A DNA stretch of 64,000 bases, taken from assembly GCA_004022145.1 (NCBI GenBank), contig RCNU01000015.1. The stretch is one strand, 5' to 3'. The position numbers were made by a program, and so were the translations under genes. The notes beneath the pieces were generated by a model, which was given only the letters and a program-made list of their open reading frames with translations, was not told the origin of the DNA and searched no databases. Origin of the DNA: Paecilomyces variotii. Lineage: Eukaryota. Shown piece after piece: positions 47,542-60,119 of the stretch; the first letter of the stretch is position 1; the number at the start of each line of letters is the position of its first letter.

Positions 47542-48885
47542 CTAAGACGACGGGGGCCCACCAACATAGACAGTAAGCAGTTGGGGATCCGCATCAGTGA
47601 CAGAACCAGACTGGTCGTCTCCGCCAGTCGGATTGACATCATCGTATGAGAATGCATACCCCTTGCCATCGCTCTCGTACTTGTGCACAATCTTGCTGTA
47701 GTAGTTTGTCGGAGATACGGTGTAGTAGTAGTTAGAGCCCAGACTGGGCTGAACGTTGCCGCCGGATAGAAGGAGGGTAGAACGATTAAAGGCTGCGCAG
47801 AGACGGGGTACCACAGCTTTGTGAATATCGTTGTCACTGGCCTGAATCAAGAATGGACCGCTGTTGCAACCGAATATGTCGCTGGCAACGGGCTTCGAGT
47901 AGCCTCGATTGTCGCCAGCACAGGTGAGCTGGTCGCCTCTGACAGTGCAGTTGACATTTCCCGCACCCGATTGCGTGTTGATGGTGAGTGTGGAATTGGT
48001 GTACCGTGTCCAGACTTTGTCAACATAGTCGGACCAGTAGTCGCTGAAGGCCGTGGCATCTGAGCCAATATAGTCTGTCGGCGCCATCACGCGGAGAGGA
48101 TTGCCAGTGGTGTCCGTCACGCAGAGCTTATCCCATGGCTGGCCATCCGAGGCGGCTTGGGCCTGCAAGTCGGAACATATTTGGGCGACTGCATCGGATT
48201 CAAGGCCGTCCGCACTTTTGATGCTCCCATTCCCAGTAAGGAGTTCCATTCCCAACACGAGGCCGACAAAGTCGACGTAGCTAATGTTTGCGTATATTCC
48301 GGCGTCTTCGGTGTTAGTCAACTCGACGAACCCCCAGTTGACGTCTGCACTGGCATCGTCAGGGTTGACAGCGGAGGGCTCGACCAGAGACAGAATATTG
48401 TCGACCGTAACGGTATAAAACTCGAGGTTACCTTCAGCGAACCAGACACGAGCGGATGATATGTAGCTCGGTAAGGTGAGATTGGTGACGGTTCCAAAAC
48501 CACTGATCGGAATAGCGACATTTCCTGTAATAGGCAGAGGAATTGTGGTTCCATTGGTTCCAGCCGGGTAGAACCAGCTACCATCAGGCTGAAGCATTAC
48601 AAGTTGGTTGTTGTCGTCAAGGCCAGTGACATAGAGGTTGACTGAGCTTCCGCTGAAATTATTGACAATCGACAATGGCAGCTGTGCAGTTCCTTGGGTC
48701 TGCAAAGGACCGTTGGTCGTCGAAGGACCCTTCCCCGAATGAGGATGTGCATTGTACGTGCCATTGATACTGTTCGAGGGACCGATGACAATGCTTCTTC
48801 CGTGCAATCTAGTGACCGGATGTGCCCATGAACAAGCAGCGAGCACACCTGCTATCGCAACGGCCAGCTTCGAAAAGATACGCAT
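47542..48885 (-). CDS. Secreted GH64 beta-1,3-glucanase, intronless
   Basis: Signal peptide MRIFSKLAVAIAGVLAACSWA; GH64 motifs WGFVELT, YANISYVDFVG, RLCAAFNRSTLL and GYAFSYDDV. Confidence 0.9.
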   Translation of the reverse strand: MRIFSKLAVAIAGVLAACSWAHPVTRLHGRSIVIGPSNSINGTYNAHPHSGKGPSTTNGPLQTQGTAQLPLSIVNNFSGSSVNLYVTGLDDNNQLVMLQPDGSWFYPAGTNGTTIPLPITGNVAIPISGFGTVTNLTLPSYISSARVWFAEGNLEFYTVTVDNILSLVEPSAVNPDDASADVNWGFVELTNTEDAGIYANISYVDFVGLVLGMELLTGNGSIKSADGLESDAVAQICSDLQAQAASDGQPWDKLCVTDTTGNPLRVMAPTDYIGSDATAFSDYWSDYVDKVWTRYTNSTLTINTQSGAGNVNCTVRGDQLTCAGDNRGYSKPVASDIFGCNSGPFLIQASDNDIHKAVVPRLCAAFNRSTLLLSGGNVQPSLGSNYYYTVSPTNYYSKIVHKYESDGKGYAFSYDDVNPTGGDDQSGSVTDADPQLLTVYVGGPPSS

Positions 48886-50585
48886 GGTAAATGAATGGCT
48901 GGAGCATGCAACGCTCCAAATAAATGAGTGACAAAAAATAAAGAAAGAATGGACTAATTGCACGTTGCAATTAGGGAACAAGAGAAAAATCACTGATCAG
49001 AAAGAATCTGATAATAGTAAGCCTCCTATGTAGTTCCGTCATCCTATATAGGGCTGGCTAGCCATGTCCAGGAAATCGGGCCGTGTCTGACATACTCCCC
49101 CTGGGAGCTAGACTTTTTGCATCCATGCTGTTAGTCACATTGGGCGCGGCAAGCCGTAAAATAAGTGGCAGGATTTTGGCAAAAGACTCGTCTTGCCAAC
49201 AAGGAACAGAGTCAAAAGGCGGCTCCAAAGCCCCATGATGATACCAAGGCAAGACTTAACATCCCAGTTGCCTGTCGGCCAGGAACACCACTAAGGTCGG
49301 GGGTATGTGAGCTAACAATGTTTCTCCACACTCGTGGCATGCAGGTACACACTGGATATCGTTTTACGGCCAGGAGTCCCATGTCGACGAATAATGCGAA
49401 CATGATGCTTGGCAATCAAGAAGTTTGTAACGCCCCAAGAGGAAGTTAAATTTAAGCCATGAAGCTTAGCAACTCTAGGCCTTCACATTGGGCGCAGAAG
49501 GACCCCTTAGGACATATTTCTGCAGCAGAAACAGTCAGCGGATATCTAGAAGCCTTATCGGAGAATGTGGGTGGACCATCACCATCAGCAAGTCGTTCAC
49601 GAGTCATGGCCCTCGAACAGCTGAACCCTTTGTTGGTATGTAGACCACGTAATTGCCATCGTGACTTCGTTCCAGCCCGCTCCAGACAAGCAACGCTTCA
49701 GACGAGACACGTTTCTCTCCTACAACTGCCTTCCGTGGCACAATCACACCCTCGACACTGCAAGAAGTGGTAAAGCGACGTAGCATAGAGCGTTTGGCGT
49801 TGGGATGATTTTAGGATTAGCTATGGTTTTAGGCCCTTGGCATGTCTGACGGTGGCTTGTGTCATTTCCAACCTCCATTGGGCAATCGGAGATCACTGTG
49901 TCTAGAGAAAAGTCCAAGAGGAACCGAGACTCGTTCTCGGGGAGATCAAAGTGCCGATCGCGATGGCCACGAACATGGGTCTGTGTCCTATGAGCATCCT
50001 CAGGCAGCGCGTCGTGGTAGTGGGCGTTTTTCATGTTGATGGAGCCCGTTTCAAAACTGCCATCCCTTGAAACTAAGATCTTATATAATTCTCCGCATGT
50101 TTGGTCTCACAAGTTTGTCAGAGAATAGTGTGACCCAAGATAAAACGTTCGAGGACTCCGATAGGTAGTCTTAACGCCTTTCTACAGAAGTTCGGACTTT
50201 GGTGAACAACTGTATGCAGGATTATAGAGCTTCACTAATCAGGCGTGGATGATAGAAAGACTGGTAGTTAACCCACCACCATCAGGAGTCTTAATGTTCC
50301 CTCTTTCTAAGTGCAGGGATATAGACATGGGAAGTGTTGCAAGAGGCATGACATCCGACTCATTGCAACATAGAAAGAGCGGGAAAGATGTAACTTCTTA
50401 CCCGCGTAAGTCTACATAACTAGTTGATATTAAACGGTCGTATTTGTGCAGATAAGAGAGTGTACCACCCAAAGGCGCGTAAATAAGATCGCCAACATGA
50501 CGCTAGATCTCAGGACACCATCCACGTAGTTATGTCCCCTGGACACGTAAGATTTTATACAAAATGCCAACAATACAATGGTTCA

Positions 50586-52316
50586 TCAAAACCAGTCTCC
50601 ATCACCTCCATCACCACCTTCATCTCCCGAACCCCCTCCCCACGGGTCATTCCCATGGCCCCAGGGATCCTCATCCTCGTCCCACAGTTCTTGGCCTGCG
50701 CCTGGCTGCTCACCTGGTGGTACCTGCGACTGCTCATATGGTTGTTGTTCCGCTGGAGCAGTTCCGCGCTCACCCATTCCTCTTTGCATCGCCTCATATC
50801 CCGCAATAGTTCCAGCGCCAGCAGCACCAGCAGCTGCACCCTCCGCCATAGTTCCAGCTGCCCCTGCTCTACCAACAGCACCAGTAGCAGCTTCACCAAC
50901 TGCCGTTCCCGCCGCTCCCGCTTCTCCAGCAGCAGCACCGCCTGCAGCAGCCTCTCCGGCTCCGCCTATGGGGAACCAAAACGGCATGAAACCGACTCCC
51001 GTGCCACTATGGCGACTGAAGTAGTCAAAATCAATGCTTACCGCAGTAGCCAGCATAACTGCACGCTGATCAAGTGTCATGCCAGTCGGCTTGTCAGCGG
51101 CAAGCTGTTGCTCGTTTGTCTGCTCCGCCAAGGCTGCAGCATCCATGCGTAGAGCATATACACCGGTATCCGTGAACAGCTCTCGAGCGAAACCAGCAAA
51201 GTTACGGTTGACTGAGCCAATAAGTTGAGAATCCGCCGCTCGAAGTGAAAAATCCCATGAAAGGAAGGGCTCGTCAACATAGGCAAATTGTACGAATTCG
51301 CCCTCGGGTTGCTGACCCGCAGCCTGGGTCAGCTGCATCTGCTGCGCCTTCGAGATATTCGCGTCTGGTATATTAAACTTTCGCAATCCTAGATCCAGTT
51401 CCCTGTTTGGCGTCTGATGGTAGAGGAAAAGGTTGTATTTCCGCCTTAGAGGTGCCCACTGCTGCTGGGCCTCTCCGATGATGCGCATCTCATCTACTCC
51501 TAGCGGCGACACCCTCGCATTTGAACCCCCGGTCACTGGTGCTAGAGAACCTGGCTGATTATTCTGGAGGGCAGTGGAAGATGAATATGCCGCATCTGCA
51601 AGTTCGAGCGGGTCGTAGACTCGAATATGCGAGTTGATCCATGAAAACGGCCGATGGAACTACACCCTGTCAGTGGACCCATCTATAGTAGGTGCGTATG
51701 ATGGCATACCCGTAGAACCTCATTCTCATACTTGTCGAATACATGTGTAACGAAACTTCGATGCGTGCGAAACCACTGTCGAGCCATCATATTGCCCATT
51801 CCTCTCTCTTGTTCAGCCATGTATCCGACATGATTCCCACTTGCATCCATTATCACATATCGATTCGCCTGTTCGAAGCCCCTGTGGCGCAAGAGAAGAT
51901 GTCAGTCCGCAGGTTCATAACGGACAAGAATCTCAAAAATCGCAGCCAAGTACTTACAGCATCACGTTCATTACCTCCAGCTGCCGCTGCACGACCAATG
52001 CTGAGTTTGCCAGTAATCCCGCGGCCGGATGCTTTTCTTTGAGGACTCCATTTGGATCTTCCGGCACATAAACTGGAGAGAGGAGGTTGTTGTCGCTCGG
52101 ATTCGTGTCGCGCAGTGCGGAAGACAAGGCCTCTGCATTTGACTGGGAACCTGGTTTCTCCCCTTCATTCGAAGGTCTTTTCTTGCTTTCTGAAATCGGC
52201 GGCGGAAACTCATTTCGTCGTAATGTATTTCGAGGCCCACGAGGAGCTGGTCTGGTTCTTATTGTTCTCGCCGTCACCCATCGCAAGGCGGGCGCGCGGA
52301 AGCTCCTGCTCCACAT
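50586..52316 (-). CDS. AIM25: Mitochondrial phospholipid-scramblase-family protein
   Basis: Arg-rich presequence; LVVQRQLEVMNVMLGFEQANRY, RQWFRTHRSF and LDQRAVMLATAVSIDFDYFSRH motifs; two introns. Confidence 0.9.
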
Positions 52317-52846
52317 TGAACGAAGCGTCTGGATTCTGGATATGAGTTGCTTAGTACTGCGATTTCAGGTATATAAGCGAATATTGCAATTATATCACAA
52401 AGCAGTGCGCGATAATGGGAAACTATGGCTGATGTCAGAGCGTGGCGTGGATGTTCCGAGCTCACGTCGAACGATCGCAAGCTTGTCGCGGGGTTAGGCG
52501 GAGATAAAATCCCACGTACTGTACATACCTATGTCATCGAAAGCCTCATGGAAATCCATAGATAGCTGGGGAGCATAACTGTTTCTCTTTCTCAAATAAA
52601 TCCAATTCTGGTCGTATTCTACATATATAAGTCAAATCTGCATGTTGTAGGACTTGTATTTATGCATTTATGCTCTTCAACAATAGTATGAACGATAATG
52701 TCGGCGGACAAAGCGAACGCCAGGTGATCTGTCAATCATCCGTTCGCGGCAAATTCTTTGAATCCTGATTATAGGATTGATTACTAGGATCTAGATTATT
52801 TGTATGCTAAAGCCAAACATGGGATCGAATCCCCCCTAGACTCAGA

Positions 52847-52868
52847 AGCAAGCAAGCAAGCAAGCAAT
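52847..52868. repeat. (GCAA)n microsatellite
   Basis: AGCAAGCAAGCAAGCAAGCAA is directly visible. Confidence 0.85.
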
Positions 52869-53102
52869 TCAAGTTGTTCATGTCAGACCTTGCTTCCGTG
52901 CTGAAAGATTCGACAGATAATAATATTGGTTTTCTACTAATCGGCCCTAAAATCAGGACCGATTAGAACAAGGGAGGTATAGAAACAAACGTCTCCTGAA
53001 AGTGCATTTGAACAATCTATAGGAATCCTCTGTATTAATAGCACATCAATCATCATATAATTTTATAGTCCACGTATAGTACAACCATGTCCATCAGCCG
53101 AA

Positions 53103-53569
53103 TCACAATAGACCCTTTCTTGCCAACTCGATTTTCCTCTGAGCTTCACCAGCTTTGTACCCGCCCCTGGAGATGCAAACTGCACTTCCCTCACCGAGCT
53201 CGGTCTTATCCTCGACTGCTGGGTGCGGACACGGACAGTGATGTGGGAAGTGGACGCAGGCAAGCGTATCGGGACAGAGGTAGTTGGAGCAGCGTGCTGT
53301 TCAGAAGGACGTGAGTTAGCAAGCTCTGGTCGACTACGAGAGACGGAAACAAAAGGTCGCAGCTATTTAAATGTTTGAATTTATGAACACATACCTCCCT
53401 CCCAGTGACGCTGATACCATGAGCTGTCGCTAGGCACATTCTGCTGCTCTTGCTGATGGTGCTCCTGACGGGCACCGCCGAACATCTGCTCGAAGAATTG
53501 GAACTGGGCCTGGGCAGTCGCAACGAGTAGCAGAACAGCCCAAAGAGAGACAATGATATTGCGAGCCAT
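53103..53569 (-). CDS. LCL2: Long chronological lifespan protein 2
   Basis: Signal peptide plus QFQFFEQMF; second exon [22 protein letters not shown]...CISRGG...ARKGLL*. Confidence 0.92.
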
Positions 53570-53812
53570 CACGTAAAACAGGAAAGATTATCTTTTGAAC
53601 ACGGCCCGGTGTCCACAGTATGTTTCGTCCATCGTTGCTCGCCGGCCTGAAGCCAGATATCGCGACGGCCATCACGTGACTACGCTAAGGCACGCGCAAC
53701 TCCGATCATCTCGAAAAAGTTCCGTCCGGCATCAAAGCGAACTTGGTTGGAAAAGCAGCGCAAGGGAATCCCTCTTGTTTTCTCGACCGGAGGGATCCGA
53801 CTACACCCAACA

Positions 53813-54655
53813 ATGCTTCAGCCAAGATTACGGGCACCCTTCCGGGTGCTCGAGCGAGCATTCGCACCCTCGCTCTTGTCCTCCTCTTCGCTTCAATCTT
53901 CACAATCTTTCCTGTCACGGACGACCTCGGCTTCTCCATCATCCATCCTCAAGCCGACTTCCTCTCTTCCTTTTCTCCCTCTCTCTATTTTCCGAAATGC
54001 CTCGCACGCGACGCAGGGTCGTGCAAACGCCAAAGCTCGCGATCCCGCTGGAAAACGTCTCGGCGCGAAGAAGGCCGGTGAACAATATGTGATTCCGGGA
54101 AACATCATCTTTCGACAGCGTGGTACGAAATGGTTCCCCGGCGAGAACTGTGCGATGGGACGAGACCACACGATCTATGCGACGGAGGCCGGTTATGTGA
54201 AATACTACCTCGATCCGGAGCGGCATCCGAAACGGAAGTACATTGGTGTTTCGTTTGAGAGAGATGGAATTCTGCCAACACCGCGAAACGCTCCGACGAA
54301 GAGACGGTTGAATATGGTTGTGGCTCCCCGAGTGGAGGTCTCCGAGATGGCTGTCGAGTCTGACCTGGTTACCGTTCAAGACGGTACGATGGTTGCCCAT
54401 GTTGATGCTACCGAGAGAGCCAATCTGCCTGCTGCGAAGACGGAGCTGCAGCTGCGTCCAGGTTACATGTACCGTGAGGCCAATTGGCAGATCGGTCGTG
54501 CTGCTGAGAAAGCTGGTATTACTGCTAAGGAATTCGACCGCAAGAACCGCTGGATGGCGTGGAGAAAGAGAAAGGCTAGGGCTGAGCGTGCTGCTCAGAT
54601 GAAGAGCTTGAAGAACAAGAAGAAGACCTCCAAGAAAGGCAAAGGCGGTCGTTAA
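53813..54655 (+). CDS. MRP7: Mitochondrial ribosomal protein bL27m
   Basis: Ser/Arg-rich presequence followed by the L27 signature GKRLGAKK...GNIIFRQRGTKWFPGENCAMGRDHTIYA. Confidence 0.95.
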   Translation: MLQPRLRAPFRVLERAFAPSLLSSSSLQSSQSFLSRTTSASPSSILKPTSSLPFLPLSIFRNASHATQGRANAKARDPAGKRLGAKKAGEQYVIPGNIIFRQRGTKWFPGENCAMGRDHTIYATEAGYVKYYLDPERHPKRKYIGVSFERDGILPTPRNAPTKRRLNMVVAPRVEVSEMAVESDLVTVQDGTMVAHVDATERANLPAAKTELQLRPGYMYREANWQIGRAAEKAGITAKEFDRKNRWMAWRKRKARAERAAQMKSLKNKKKTSKKGKGGR

Positions 54656-55036
54656 TTACTCTTCTTGAACATGTCCTTTTATGTACCCGGCGATATGGGA
54701 TGTCTTCAGGTGTTGTGATCTATGTATTATAGAAAGAAATCGGGCAAATTATGAAAACTCTTTACTGTTCTCATTGTGATTATTCGACTTCTTTGACCAA
54801 TTCGAACTTCATATTCAGCCATAGCTGGCAATATTCTCTTTAGTGACATTTATGACATCTTGGCCGCCACTGGAGACCAAAGGGGTATCCTACTTTTGCC
54901 TCTTCGACAATAAACATAGCTCAGATACAGAGCAGGTATCCTTTAACAAAAAAACCAGAAAAATAAAAAAAAACACACGGTACATCATCATGGTAACCGT
55001 CCGTGTCTAGCAGGCGCCCCAAAAAGCAGCACACAA

Positions 55037-58000
55037 CTATGCATCAAATAATCTACCCAGTATCAGACTCTGGCAGACGAACTCGTTGCCCACTATCCGG
55101 ATATTGTTCGTGTTGAGCCTAATACCGCTTCCGCTGACTGCCTGTACAGGAAGAGGTCTCTTTCGCTTTCTCCCTCGTCCTGAATGCGGCTTCAGAGGTG
55201 CACCCTCGGAACTACCGAGAATCATGGTCTTGGCAGCAGCTTCTTCGTGATCGTCGACGTAGATCCAATCCCAAGCTGGGGAGGATTCCTTTTGTTGATC
55301 CATAAGCATTGCCTTGGCTGCATTCAGATCGAGGACCCGCTCGACCCGAGAGGCACCTAGAGCGTATGTTAGAAAGATATATGCTTTCTTCCTTTCCTCC
55401 GCTTTTCCGCGACCCATGACAATGAGCACAGACTGTCCCTCCAGTAACTTAGGTCTCGCGGCGATGGTGTCTGTTAATCGTGCCGTAGACGCAGAAGTTG
55501 GTGTAAGGATTCTGGACTTCGTGGCCCCATTGAGGTACATCGACTCTCCCGCGGGAAGAAGATACATGTCCCAGTCTAGAATACGGTTTTGCTTCACACA
55601 ATCTTCTATCCACCGTCCTGAAAGACAAGGGAGACCGAGTGCCAAGGCTTGCATATACTTCTCACGGCGGGAGTGTTTGTCGGCGAGTAGACAGGCGAAA
55701 CCGACGGCCTCTGCACCTGCGACCAGGCGGAATTGTTTTTCTGAATGGTCAATCGAGTTCGAGCCGGGTGACTTGACCGGGCTAGCTGCTGCTGCGCTGG
55801 AGGGTAACTCAAACAGCTCATTAAATCCGTCTCTCAGTAGCCGACCGCCGTTCTCTACTATCAACTTCATAATGTGGGACTTTGAATGTTCATTCTCCAC
55901 GTAAGAGACCGCAAATACCATTCCTGCGAAGAGACCAGCTTGGACAATGATACTCCGAGAGAGTCTGGAGTTTGGTGTTGCAGGAGCAGAGTTGACGTCT
56001 GGTGTGTCTGCTGTAAGTCCATCTTTTCCCGGTGTGAAGGAGAATTGTCTGTCTTTTAGCTGGTTCCAGAGGATAGTGTCTAGATAAATCCGCGAAATAG
56101 GAACCTTGATAAGGTTCCCAGCGGCGCCTGAACTGCCCTTGCGGGGACTCCTGCGTTGCTTGGGTGCTAGTATCATGGAAGAGTACCCGTATACATCTGT
56201 CATCGGTCTCGATCCGTTCTCTTGTCGATCAAGTTCTTCTGGGCTCAAGAGGTCGCCAAAGCCACGTACGATATGAGTGACTTTCTGAACGTTTGGCATA
56301 TCCACCTTCACGGAGTCTCCTATACGCAATTCCAATCTTTTCAGTGTGCCGGCCAAGACATGATCAGTGGTATCATCTTCGAACTTAACCATGTACTTGG
56401 ACTGGGCACTCAGGTTTGACATTCCCAGGCATGTAGCAGGATAATAGGCTCGCTTGAATCCGTTGAAGCAGGCAAAGACCTGATTGGGAGCGAGTACAGA
56501 AATCTCAGGCATGGAGGACTGGGAATTACTCGGGGCCCGGGAAGAGTGTCCTCCATGTAGGGGGTCGGAACTTTCCGGTATAGTAGGAGTTGATGTAGGG
56601 CTTTGATTATGAATCACAACTGCCTTCGCTACTAGAGATTTCCGCAATCCTTTCTCCTGTGCTGTCCGAGTTTCAGATCGTGAAGAGAGTCTCGACTTCC
56701 TTATGTCCAGCGCTTTCTGTACATTTTTCTCAGGAGATGCATCGACCTCCCAAACAGTTTCAGCACGTCTCCATGAGGCCGGTCGCCGACGCTGTATGGC
56801 ATTAATACCCACGATAGGCTCTGATGACTCAGGCTCGTCCTGCTGTGCTTCGACTTGCTGGGCCTCGTCAGCTTGTTGAGGATTGGCTGCGGGAAGGTCA
56901 GGAGCCTGTACTTCATTTGTGGCGACAAGAGAGGTGTTGACTCTGGGCGCCAATGGCCGCGGTGTGAGAGGGACTATAGGGTCGGAGGCATAGATATTCT
57001 TGCCATCATTGCCGCGTCGCTTCTTTCTGTGTGGGATCGGTGAGAAGCCGACCACTGAGGTGAACTCTTTGTCATCAGCAGTAAGAAGATTGATGTCCAC
57101 ATCGAGAAACCCAGTAGGGGTAAACGGTGACAGGTCAGAAGCGATTTCAGTCAGTGCTCTCCGTTGTCTGCCGCTTGGACTAGACAGGATCTTCGCGTTG
57201 AGATGTGGTCTCTCTGTGAGGTGGCTTCGTTGACTTGCTGTACCAGAACAGTCCATGCCTTCGCGATGTTCTTGATACATGGGAGGCAGCTCGTCGTCCT
57301 CTTCACCTACACTGACAGCATCTGCAGCCTCACTAGTGAGGGTGTCATTCACTATGCGTCGAGGACTAGTCTCCAGTATTCGCGTCCCAGGAACCGCGTG
57401 ATCAGAAAGCCCTGCAGGTCTATGCATGGGAGTTTCTGCGACACGGGAAGGCATTGAGGAAGACTTTTCTTTCGTATCTGTACCAGCGATGTTGCCGGTC
57501 GTATCAGCGGTCCCATCTTGGCTACTGATTTTGGGGACAAAGTTAAGCGACCTCTTGAAAGGCAGAGGTGTCGGGGAACCTTCTGAGCTTATTGAGACAG
57601 CCCTTCGAGGAACCGGGCTTTTCAATTCGACCTGGCGGCGATGAAGTGCCCGTCGAGACTTATCGTCTTTTGATGGCGGGGGAGACGAAAGGAAAGTCTG
57701 TCCGCCCACAGGAGAAGAGGCTACTTTTTCGACATCAAAAGCATCTTCGGTTGGTGATGCAACATGGCCTTGCGCTGGGATGTTGGAAACCGGAGATCTC
57801 TGCGGCCCCGGTTGCACTCCTGCACTCCTTTCGCTCTTTCCATGTTCATATGTGTCGGGGGACGGCTGGGAATCCCTGACGATCTGTTGAGAGGAGATTA
57901 CCCCGGATGCATGCACGTCGATAACCTCCCGGCTGCTCGACCTTTTATGAAGAGGGGTCGTCGTTCTGTGAAGCAGAGTTCCGTTATCAGACTGAAGGGC

Positions 58001-59558
58001 TTGCGAGAGACGGTCATGAGCACTAGACGGTGTGATGGAGGAGTTCGGTGGAAGAGCATCATAGTTTTCCTTGTCTTCCTCAGTCGTAGGCGGCTGACAG
58101 GATACAGCTGGAGTCGGACGGTGATCATCTTCTTGTTCAGTTTCCTCTTCACTGGTGGCTCCATGCTGAAAGACCATTGTAGAACCTTGAGTCTCACCAT
58201 CCTGGATGTATCCCGTAACGTCGATACTTCGCTTCGCTGTACCCCCACTGACAGGTGACCTAGGCACAAATGACTGCTGGCCTCGCTTGTTAGGAGCTGG
58301 TCGTGCAGGAGCAGTAAGATTGGCTAATTGCACCATGGTTTCCTCATCAATTCTCCTTTGACGATTTAGACGTTCAACGAAGCTGGGTTCTTTATCGAAA
58401 TCATCGTCACTCTGGTCACCGGAGAAGATATTTTCAGCCGACTTCGTCCTTCGCTCCTCTAGGAGTTTGTCTCGCTTTTCCTGTGACTCTTTCATCGAGA
58501 TATAATTCAACTGCGGCTCTGTATATCCACGACGAAGGGACGACCGAGGGGCTTTGAATGGCGACGAGGTAGATCCCACTACTGGACGGTTCTGGATGGG
58601 GATATTCGGTGACGGTCTGTCGGACATGGGGCCTGACGGCAGATCGTTGACGAAGGGCGACGATGGAGCTTGGGTTGCTTGAAACACTTGACTAAGAGCC
58701 ATGATACCACCGCTAGATTCAACATCTGGCGCGATCGGATTCCGCGGCAAGGACGGTGTCGTAGCGGATAGACGTGGCTGGTCTGCCTGTTTCTTCGCCG
58801 TCGCCGGTGTTGAGGTTAGAAACCGCTGTGACTCCGGGAAGAGATTAGGTTGATAATGCAACGGCGACGACACTCCGACCTTCGAGCCTGTTTCTTCTTC
58901 ATGGTCGGAAGTATTGTTGGCGACTTGAGTTTCTCCAAACCCTGACAGCAGATCCACATGGCCGGTGTCTCCTTCGTGCAAAGTGGCTAGTGTAGCTCCG
59001 TCTGCTCCTGTGTCGATATCCATTGCATCTCCATCACTTTGTCTTTGGGAGTATCTGCTCTGCTTCAGAATACTGTCAAAGACAGATTGGGACACGGGCT
59101 GCGTATCTCCTGGTGCACTGTCTGCTGAGCTCATTTTGGACGGTTCCGGTGCAGCAGTTGAAGAACCACTTTGGTCCAAAATCTGTGAATGCGCTGCTGG
59201 GCCTGCGCTGTCACTCTCTGCGGGCTCTGCGCCGGACAAGGTTCTCTTATCAGTAATGTCGGATGTTGATCGTGGCTTTGCAACACCGTCCTCGTATTCA
59301 TCCGATCGAGGATATTTTTCATCATACTTTTCGCCCCGGATATCTCCCCTCTTATCCTCTTGAAGAAGTTCCTCAGTATTTTCCACTGCGTCTAAATGTG
59401 TCTGAGATTTCTCATTCTCCTGATCAAGCGTAGGAAAATACGAGTTAGCATAGCCCAAGGATATCGCAACGACGACATGGTGGTAAGTTAACTTACAACC
59501 AACCCCAAGGCAGCTCGCTTCAGCTGCGAAATATCGATGCTGTCTCCCTGAGACTCCA
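55037..59558 (-). CDS. RAD9: DNA-damage checkpoint adaptor Rad9/Crb2 (53BP1-like; Tudor + tandem BRCT)
   Basis: Short first exon MESQGDSIDISQL from ATG 59558; SQ/TQ-rich disordered region; Tudor-like FACFNG..AYYPATC; BRCT KYMQALALGLPCLSGRWIEDC and EFVCQSLILG. Confidence 0.9.
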
Positions 59559-59687
59559 TAGCTGATTTGGACCTCAAGTCAGGCACAATAACACGCAACA
59601 TGCCATGGCCTCCTGGGCCACACAATCTTGGTTGCACGAGGTTGCAGTATTATGCACATTCAAGAATGGCACTTGAGAAATGCGACA

Positions 59688-59728
59688 CGACGCGATAACG
59701 CGTGTTTGCACGTGATCTGAGTCGCGTA
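59688..59728. promoter_or_regulatory. MCB-like CGCG cluster plus E-box upstream of RAD9
   Basis: ACGCGA (59690), ACGCGT (59698), CACGTG (about 59709) and TCGCGT (59722) lie within 40 bp, about 130-170 bp upstream of the ATG. Confidence 0.5.
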
Positions 59729-60119
59729 ATAATTGTCCCACATTTGGTATAGCGTACTTCAGTCTCGACTTCCTTTTGGCTTGCCAGAAATTCGACATTA
59801 TTATGATTATGCTTGGTATCATTATTATTGATTAGCTTAGGGCCAACGCTTCGCCTAGGACGGGCAATGACGGTTATTTTATCGATGCAGTTAATGAAGA
59901 ATCCTGCACCATCATGACTCCAGCAGGTAATGAGATTAGAGGCATTTACTAGGCTATTATGTTTGTATGTACATACAACAACACAAGATATAGGGCATTC
60001 AAGTCATTACGGTCATTCATTTACACTGCGTGTCATATAATAGTACATGGTATCTGCTAATGGAGATTTTCAATGGCCTGACGTCTAGTCCGCCTATCAT
60101 AGTATAATGAGTCGCTTTA

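Noticed and set aside
50532..51152. Ser/Pro/Ala-rich plus-strand ORFs
   Set aside because: Antisense to the Gly/Ala-rich C-terminus of AIM25.
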